Part shown: one piece after another, positions 54,501 to 64,000 of the stretch | Layout: each line of letters starts with the position of its first letter | How positions within the stretch are numbered: the first letter of the stretch is position 1 | Origin: Octopus vulgaris | Lineage: Eukaryota | Assembly: GCA_951406725.2 (NCBI GenBank) | Contig: OX597832.1 | Span: 69,626,001 to 69,690,000, forward strand | Length of the DNA: 64,000 nucleotides | Direction of reading: 5' to 3' | Program-made: the position numbers and the translations under genes | The notes under the pieces: model-generated | The model's database searches: none | Told to the model about the DNA's origin: nothing | What the model saw: only the letters and a program-made list of their open reading frames with translations

Positions 54501-56080
54501 AATAAGGAATATACTAACGGATCATTGACGAGTAGTTTGCAAATCCAGCATCTAAGACACACATTCATACCCCTTACTGTTCACGTTCATAATCCCTATT
54601 GTTGGAGCGAAAGGTGACATACCTCACCACCTGGATGAATGCATAACTGAAGTTGGATTTGTGGAGATAGAACGAAGTTCCTGAATTCATGAGATACGTG
54701 ATATCTGTAATTTTCAAGATTTGTAAAGCGTTCAAAGAATGAACATTTGCACAAGATACGATGATAATTTCCGTTTCTTTACAAGCTAGCCTTTGGTAAT
54801 GTTATTGGTTGAAAATAAACTAAAGTTTAAGAGAAAGCATGTCTCAGTGTGTGCGTATAAAATATAGAAATACACACACGCATACACCCACACATATCTA
54901 TAATACATTAAAGGTCAGTTTGAACCTTGCTTGCTTGCAATGTTACCCAGCCAAACTAGCGCATAATGGGTAAAATACAAAGAATTAAGTTGGCCCTGAA
55001 ATATTAATACGACCGGAATAAAACACGTTTCGCGTGTATCGGACAAGTGGTTTTTTAGATATAGAGGCATAAATACCCAAAACGGTGCATAATGGGAAAA
55101 TATTCCGAAAATAACTAAATTCTGAAAGGGAAGAAACTCTTACCTTTCGATTAGAAACAGTGACTTGACAACGAAAAGATACGATTTGCTTTTTACAGTA
55201 AATGTTCCTATTTTCGCTTTTGTTAAACACAGTATCTTAATCGTTTAGAAATATTTTTACGTGATTTTGATTTCAAAAATGTAAGTTGTTTGTACAGTAT
55301 GTACTTATGTTTTAACCTTCTTTAAAATCATTTTCAAGTGAATACAATAACGAAACTTTAGGGTGGGAGGAATATTTAAAAAACATTTTAAAGTGAAAAT
55401 AACTTTAAAATACGGTAAATATTTCGTAAAAGACCCGTTCGTAGCCTCAATGAGAAATAATTTTGTTCCATATGTTTTTTTCGAGTGTATTGAACGTATA
55501 TCACCTCCAAAGATTTTGCTGTTATTTCTAACACGTATCAGCTATTTGCGGTAAAGGACCCGAAATACCTGTTATGTGGTAGCAGGGCGTGCAAGAAATA
55601 GCAATCAAATATTTCCTTTTCTGGGAAAAGAAGCTGTTTACGCGTGATTTCGATGTTATATTCGTTGAAAGAATGCGAAATAACTCGGAAAAGAAAAGAA
55701 AAACCCACGAAACAAAACTTCATTGCTAGGAAATTCAGACTTTCTCGGTGACCCAATGGGTCACAGGTAGTTTAGTATAGTTTAGTATTGTATAATATAG
55801 TATAGTATAGTATATATATAGCGAAATGATAGCGCTAAGTTCTATTTAGGTAAAATATGTGAAAACAACCGGTTTGTTCAGTGTCCTCGAGTTTAATTAT
55901 TCTTGTCATCGGGTTGTACTTATGAGAGACAACTCTGAACAAACTTATAAAGCAATAACTTTAAGTAAACTTCAATCAACAGGTTGACTGACTTGCGTTG
56001 GTATATCGCCCAGACGAGGAAAATAACGAAGCGTTAGCACCAAGCACTGTTTAGGTATAAGTATAGTTTAAGTTTGTGTT

Positions 56081-56365
56081 ATATTTCAACTGCTAAAAGG
56101 GAAATACTCTGTAGTTACCATGGGGAAAATATCTCTCTTACGATAAAAGGTGTCAAAAAACGTGCTTTGTTCAGTATCACCATCTATCAGGAACCCAAGG
56201 CATTAGTGTTTCAAGTTTATTGACTCTTGTCAATGGGATGCATCTAGGAGAGGCAAGTCTAAACACAGCAAATGCTTTATAAGTTTGTTTTCGCACGTTT
56301 TACCACAGGAGAGATAGTTTCTCCACAATAACTGCAGTGTATTTACCTTTTAGCAGTTGAAATAT
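56081..56365. mobile_element. MITE/foldback-like element with about 80-bp imperfect TIRs; partial second copy at about 55845-55960
   Basis: atatttcaactgctaaaagg.aaatac.ctg.agtta... at 56081 is mirrored at 56283-56365. Confidence 0.65.
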
Positions 56366-57217
56366 GATGCAAGTGTTACCCAAACGACTGAATAAAATAA
56401 TTGACAATATTTGTGCAAATCTATTTGTAAATAGTTCCAAATCACTACATTTCACGTTCTTCTTGTCTTCTCAGCTGAAAATGCGCAGCAGTGCTATGCT
56501 GATACATACCACATAGCTTCCTCCGTCTTTCATATCCACGACGTTGGCTGGGTCAAAGACAGAAGGGTAGTACCTCTATCTGTTCGCGACTATTAAAGAA
56601 CCTAAAACTTATTAGGGAAAAATAGTCATGTTACATGCTCGCATGTCATATTCACGTCTATGTTTATATGTGTATCAAGATTTGATTAATTGCCAGGAAA
56701 CAATCACAGAAATTAATCATAAGTACATATGTAAACGTGTGTTGCTTTTTCTTTTTTGTTATATATATAATATCAGACACCATCCGTACATCAATGATTT
56801 GAATAATCGGCTACGTGAAACTGGGAGTTAGAAATAAAGTAAGTCTGGCTTATAATGATATATTTATACTTTCGAGTGAAAAGTCAAATGTGAAAGCAAA
56901 GCATGAATTGTTAGCGGGTGGTAAAACAGAATATTTACTGAGAGGTCGCGGCTAATACGACTGTTTGGTGTGGCGGCTGCAAAGACGACAGAAAAACACG
57001 CAACCGTGTGCGTTAACAGTATCCAGACTCTGTTTAGTTTCAATTCTACTTGAGTACAGTAAAAGAAGTGATATAATAGGAAGATGCTGGAATCATTGTA
57101 AACTCCAGTCAACAACAAATAATAAAGTGATGATATATACAATTGGATACCATTGACACACATACTTACATATTTACTAACACATACACATTACATGTAT
57201 GTGTAAATGTTTGTATA

Positions 57218-57237
57218 CGCGATATATAAGTATGTAT

Positions 57238-57270
<33 letters not shown>

Positions 57271-57347
57271 CATAGACATACATATCTAGTTATCTATTTA
57301 TCAATAGCTATCTATTAATATATATATATACGCGATATATAAATATG

Positions 57348-57407
<60 letters not shown>

Positions 57408-57465
57408 GACACACATATCTAGTTATCTATTTATCAATAGCTATCTATTAATATATATATATATA
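57218..57465 (+). repeat. Local tandem duplication of about 115-135 bp
   Basis: cgcgatatataa.tatgtatgta..(TA)n..catatctagttatctatttatcaatagctatctattaat occurs twice. Confidence 0.85.
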
Positions 57466-57578
57466 GTGTATATATATATATACAAACACACATACATATA
57501 CATACATATATATACATGCACGCGTATATATAAATACATACATATATAAATATGCATAAATTGTGCATACATATATAT

Positions 57579-57621
57579 ATTCACTAGAATTGCTGACTTA
57601 TGTAACTGTGATTATTAAAAG

Positions 57622-57655
<34 letters not shown>

Positions 57656-57689
57656 ATCACAGTTACATAGGTCAGCAATTCTGGTGAAT
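57579..57689. repeat. 39-bp near-perfect inverted repeat around a (TA)n spacer
   Basis: Arms 57579-57617 and 57651-57689 differ at only two positions. Confidence 0.9.
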
Positions 57690-59234
57690 GCGCTCCCCTC
57701 AGATTGTCCAAATTTCTCACTGAGTGCCTCACATTGTCAAAGTCTATTATTCTGCACTCTCATATCCACTGCGGCTGTTATATATTTAACCGTTGAAGTA
57801 GAACTAAAAGTGTTGAAGTGGAATTTGGTAAATTGGTTAATGAAAGCTCGTCCACTTCTCCATTTTAATTTTATCATTACTCAAAGAGCAAAGAGGGTCT
57901 CTGGAATTCTGTTGGTTATATATGCACGTGGATAAACACTTATGCACACGCATATATAAAATAAGGATGTATATGTGTGTCTTTATGTTCATATGTACAT
58001 ATGAACGCTTACGCTGATGTCAATGAGTTGGCGATGGAGCTGTACTCAATACCTGGGTGTAGCGTATCATACCGTTGTGACGTAGGCCGAGTCATCACTT
58101 AGGGGAACCCAACGCTTCTCCCCGGGTGTGAATAAATCCTATTTCTTCCAGAGAGAAGGGTCAGGAAAGGAGAAAAAATAAGAGGCGGAGGAGATGAGGT
58201 GAAGAAGAAGAAGAAGAAGAAGAAGAAGAAGAAGAAGAAGAAGAAGAAGAAGAAGAAGAAGAAGAAGAAGAGTATTTATATTAGAAGAGTTCTACGTTAT
58301 AAACCAGTTGCTTGTGTAAAAGCGCAGAACAAAACTACCAAAATATATTGTAATAAAAATAAGCGAAACGAAGATTAAAAAACGAGCGTTTAACTCATAC
58401 GTCTCACCTGACCCCCTTCAGTTATTCGTCTTGCAACACTTCTATAATTATAAGGAAATATCTAAACATAATTGTCTATTAATAGCGTTCAATCTTTTAG
58501 TAATTTTAAGAGGACCTGAAGTAAAATGAAATACCTATGGATACGAATCAATCGTAAATTTCTGTCGCTTTCATATATTGTAGTTTAACACTTAGTTAAA
58601 CGTTACCGAGTTTAGCACTTGGTTAAAACGTTATTCAGTAAACGTCCTGCTGTGACCATCCCATCTTATGATTTTATTGCAGGTATGTTGCACTCTGGGA
58701 CACATTATGCAATGCACCTTTTCTTAAGATATTACGGCTGCGTGATATTAAGGAGACTTCTCTGCCTGGCTGTTTGCTTCTTCTATCAGTTGAAGCCAGA
58801 GTCGGGTAACGGAGTCGGGTAACATAACCTCGTGAAACATTCACTAAATAATCTTGCAAGGTATGCTGTTTTCTGGTCCCAACTTCTACACAGCAAAGAA
58901 GTTAAATATTCAATACTCGATATTTTATTGCTCTCGGTGATAACCTCCGTCTTGGAGACGGTACTTATTTTTCTTCTTTCGTTGATAAAGTTACAAGAGA
59001 CACAACAATTTCCAATATATTTCTGTTCTAATGCTTTTTTCATGTTATTTTATTTTCTATTTGGGCATTTTAGTGTTTACATCTCAGTAAATCTATTAAG
59101 CATGATATAATACTAAAAGGTGCTGCCTATAACTCGTGTTTTTTATCTCCAAGAAATCTTAATTCAATTTATCATTGAAATATATTCACAATTATAAGTT
59201 AATTGTAAAAAAAATACATTTTGTTATGTATTAA

Positions 59235-59294
<60 letters not shown>

Positions 59295-59298
59295 TATA

Positions 59299-59338
<40 letters not shown>

Positions 59339-59566
59339 ATAGACATTATTGTTGTCACTACTGATGTTTTCAACCTGTAAATAATTTCAGTCGTTATCGT
59401 AGTTGGAATTATCAAAAGAAATAATATTCATTTAAAATTAAGAAATAAAAAGTTCTTTACACGTTTTGCTATGATACCGATGTAATTTTTATGTGACACG
59501 CACAAAATGGTTGTTTTATGAGGCAGTAGATGCTTTAGCTGCAGATAGTAATAGTAAATAATAATC

Positions 59567-59617
<51 letters not shown>

Positions 59618-59931
59618 GTATATAATAGAATTTCTTTAAAAACTTCTAGCACACGTTCTTTTTATTGTTGTTGTGGGGAAAACAACAACAGCAAAATAGA
59701 AATAAAATAAACGAGCTCCTTCGAGAGAATTTACTATGGCCAAAAGTACGTGTTCCTTCTTTCGTCTTCCAGTCACAAAAATTTATGATATTCGTGTAAT
59801 AAATTGCAATTTATTGTTCTATAAATTTTTGTAAAACAACAAAGACAACAACAATAACAATCACATGAATAATGATAATGATAATAATAATAATGACGAT
59901 AACAACAACATAATAATGATACTGATGTTTA

Positions 59932-59985
<54 letters not shown>

Positions 59986-60067
59986 CATTTGCAGTAGTAG
60001 CAGTAGTAGTAGTAGTAAGAGTAGTAGTAGTAGTAGTATTAGTAGTAAGAGTAGTAGTAGTAGTAGT

Positions 60068-60130
<63 letters not shown>

Positions 60131-60356
60131 GGTGGTGGTGTTTGCAGTTGTGGTGGTGGTTGCGGCATTAGTGGTGGCGTTAGAGGTAGTGTTTTCCTTT
60201 TGCTGGGAAGAATAAATTGTTCAGATAATACCATTTGCGAAAGAACATGTCGACAGACGAATTCGATGGTTTATTATAAAATATATCTAGTATGTACAAT
60301 ATCATATATAAATATGTGCGTATGTGTGTGTGCGTGCATATATATATATATGCATA

Positions 60357-60423
<67 letters not shown>

Positions 60424-60686
60424 AGATATGTATATGTATGTATATACATATACAAATATATATATATACGAAGAGAGAGGGGGTAAATAGAGAGGAATAA
60501 ATAAAAGAACGTATACGTCATAAAAGTTGTGCATTAAATATTTAAATGCTTACATGTGAAAAAATGTTACCAATCATATGGATGACGAATTTGACAGTGA
60601 GAGTGGTGATGAAAATGGAGTCGCTACTGCTGCTGAGGAGGAGGACAACGACGATAATGATGAATATGGCTATATAAACATACGCT

Positions 60687-60732
<46 letters not shown>

Positions 60733-61180
60733 GTATCTTTATCGATAAATATCTTTAACAGGAATATTAATGTTCCAGTGATCAATCAGTATTAAAGAGG
60801 AATTTCTTCTTCTTCTTCTTCTTCTTCTTCTTCTTCTTCTTCTTCTTCTTCTTCTACTTCTTCTTCTTCTTCTTCCTTTTCTTCTCTTCTACTTCTTCTT
60901 TTTCTTCTGCTTCTTATCCTCTTCCTCCTTTTTCTTCTTCTTCTTTTTCTTCTTCTTCTTCTTCTTCTTCTTCTTCTTCTTCCTTTTCTTCTCTTCTACT
61001 TCTTCTTTGTCTTCTGCTTCTTATCCTCTTCCTCTTTTTTCTTGTCATGTTTTTCCTTACCTTTTCCTTCTCCTTCTTCAACACAAAGATGAAGAGAGGT
61101 AGATACATGCAGAAATGGACAGAGAAAGAAAGAACGATAGAAAGAAAGATGGAAAGAAAGAAAGAAAGAAAGAAAGTTAT

Positions 61181-61260
<80 letters not shown>

Positions 61261-62324
61261 GATCGTTATACTATTTCAAATGCTCTCTATACAAAAGTAA
61301 ATATTCAATTAAATATTCGGTTATTAAATCGCCAGTTGATTAGCGAACGCGCAGAATCGAAGTTACAGTTCCTCTCCCACCCCTTTTCTTTCTATTTCCC
61401 TATTTTCTTAACATCAGATAATATCGTTTCTTGACTTATGACTTACTTTCTTTTTATTTTTCTTTCCTTTAATATTTCATCGTAGCTTCAGAAATGTTAT
61501 CTTTTGCAATCTGTAGATGTGAAAGTATTCGATATTGATAACATTAAGCAGCCTTTTGATAAATCAAAAATCAAATGCTAGCCATTATAATAAATATTAC
61601 AATAAAAATAATAACAACAAATAATTATGATTATTAATAAGAATATGATTATTTAAAATATTAATTAATAAGACGAAAGGTCATTGAGTTTGATTTATCA
61701 TCTTGCGTATTCGTCACTTCTTTCCGTGTTTTAGTGACGTATGAGACGGACGTTATTTCAGTCACTGTTTTAGAAGCCATCGGCTAAATATCGTTTTACC
61801 AAGAGCAATTTTTACCAGTTTTTCCACGGTTCAGCTCAAGCCAGGAATATTAAAGACTAATTACAAATTCGTGACGTTATAACGAAAATAGATTAGGATA
61901 ATTCTTTTTCCGAATTATGGTATACGACGCTCTTTAAACAGAGCAACGGCTAAAACAGCGAAACCAATGAGGATCGTGAATTTGTGACATTTTCAACTCT
62001 TCTTTCTTGAATGAATAATAAAACATTATCATAATCATGCAGTGAACACTTAATATTATTTTAATCTTTCCAGAAGCTGATGGAAACAATTTCAGAAACG
62101 TTTCGGTCTAATTAGAGCTTATATAAAGATATGGAGAGAGAGAGCAACAAAAATCAATCGATAAACTGCTGATTTCACAATATTCATAAGGAAGTAAGAC
62201 AGGAAGAATTAAATAATTGAGTAAGCTAGTTATCAGGTAAATGTTTCAAGGGAAAAACCTCTCTGTATTTCCTAACATATGAATACTGTTAACCCTACGA
62301 AACAGTCACAACAGCAATAACTGT

Positions 62325-62398
62325 CACTCTATTCCATTTTGCTTCTACCGGAAGATTAACAGCTCTACGCGCCCATAGAAGTCTCATCAGTCAGAAAC
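62325..62398 (-). ncRNA. Decayed hammerhead-like motif
   Basis: Reverse complement: CTGATGA GA CTTCTA...TAGAAG C AAAA; helix II intact, but GAAA reads AAAA. Confidence 0.3.
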
Positions 62399-63094
62399 CA
62401 CGTGCTGACTTGCACCATCTGACAAACATCCTCGTGCAATAAAATCGATTATTTTCTCTAAACTTTTAATATTTCACTTCGAAAGTATCAATGTTTGTTC
62501 CTTTTTTGTATGGACAAATACACTAAAGTTGATTAATTATTTTTTCTTATTTTTCACTTAATTGCATATAGTTTGTGGGTTTCATGGTAATTTTGTTGAT
62601 TAATTCAAATAGAGACAAACTCTCATTTCAGATGATGTCTTTGAAAGTGTTTTGTCAAATTTATTTCTTGCTTCTAGCCAGAGTATCTGTAAGCTTAAAT
62701 CTTCTATGGATTATGTGGATATGTTGCCTGTGAAAGTATGGAGACACATGTTGTTAGCTCAATATATGTTCTCGTTTCTTAACAATTTTGGTGCGTTTAC
62801 GGACACCTTAATATGCAACTATGCTACGATTGATTGCACGCATTATAATGCCATTAGTTGTACCAACTTCAATCACACAAATGTCCACAGATGTATGGCC
62901 AGGCCCTGACGTCACGTGGACCAGTCAATTTACCTAAGAGTTAAATTGATCCTTTGATTTAAAAATAAACTTGAAAGAACCGGAGACGAGGAGAATAAAC
63001 TGCAAATAAACCGGCAGAGGTCAACGGGAAAACAATGCCAGAAACTGAAAGAATCCTGTCGTGTGTATATATATGTTTGTGTGTTTGTGTATGC

Positions 63095-63155
<61 letters not shown>

Positions 63156-63281
63156 ATTTAGGAATGGTCATTTTGCCAGTTTAGCCAATAATATATATAT
63201 ATTTCCCGTGGCTGCACCGGCGTGATGGTGTATATAGACTCTCAAATGCCGTCTGTTAAACCACCTCAGCGTTATGGATAT

Positions 63282-63385
63282 GCGAGGTAACTCACCCCTT
63301 AATCCTGTGATGGACACCGATGTTTCTCCATTATTGTGGCTTCTCAACATCACTCTTGAAGGGGATTGAGGGTGAGTTATCTCGC
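63282..63385. repeat. About 24-bp inverted repeat or small MITE-like hairpin
   Basis: gcgaggtaactcaccccttaatcc / ggattgagggtgagttatctcgc, with inner gtgatg/catcac. Confidence 0.7.
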
Positions 63386-63499
63386 CTGTGCATTATTTTC
63401 AGCTGCTTTAATACCTGCCATTAATACTCCACCACGCCATTGTAGCCACTCGAAAATATACGAGGCACATACATCAGGTATATATTGTTAATAATGTGT

Positions 63500-63697
63500 G
63501 TGTGTGTATGTGTGTGTGTGTCTATCCTTCTCCCGTACCAGCTGGTATTGGTGTGTTTACGTCCCTGTAACCTAGCGGTTCAGCAATAACGATAGCTAAG
63601 CTTAGTAGCAGCCTTTAAATAAAGTACTGGAGTCGATTCATTCGACTAAAATTTCTCCAACGTGGTACCCCAGCATAGCCGCAGTCTAACAGAAAAG
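63500..63697 (+). mobile_element. SINE 3' half (1650 family)
   Basis: ttggtgtgtttacgtccctgtaacctagcggttcagc...gtcgattcattcgactaaaa...cccagcatagccgcagtcta. Confidence 0.65.
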
Positions 63698-64000
63698 ACC
63701 TCATCATTGTTGGAATCGATATTGTCACCAATCTTAGCACCAACTTTACAACTGATCATATTTGATCCGAAACCACTGTTTTTGCAGCCTACCATATCAA
63801 TAACTTTGTTTTAAGGCACACAACTTATTCCATATTTTCGGGGTTTTACTTATTATTGTCTAGCATACTAATTTTTTCCTCGAAATTTGAATTCATTTAA
63901 CCAATTCTTATTTATTCATAAGTCATTAGCTCTTAAATAGATTGAAATATCTTGCTATAATTAGGTCTTCAACATTTTAATGTTCTGAGATTACACATCT

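Overview
AT-rich, microsatellite-saturated eukaryotic DNA, probably intergenic or deep intronic. The repeat content looks like an octopus/cephalopod genome, but this is inferred from remembered SINE sequences and is not verified. No intact host protein-coding gene is visible, and almost all ORF-track entries are translated microsatellites. Recognisable content: a near full-length but frameshifted RTE-clade LINE (about 41.8-44.8 kb) running into a 100-N gap; a highly homogeneous 216-bp tandem array just upstream of it; a 31-bp minisatellite; two R4/Dong-type relics ending in TAA repeats; a 5'-truncated L1/Tx1-type 3' end; a decayed Gypsy-type element with a tRNA-Ser(GCT) primer-binding site; several Penelope-like (PLE) RT fragments; many tRNA-derived SINEs; and a mariner-type MITE. 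The most interesting pattern is about 10 minimal hammerhead-ribozyme-like motifs (intact to decayed) in PLE-type terminal repeats. They end flush on (TA)n tracts, twice tail-to-tail. Several carry a U4-to-C core variant, and one core is inverted inside its own helix I. All of this was read by eye; nothing was run computationally.
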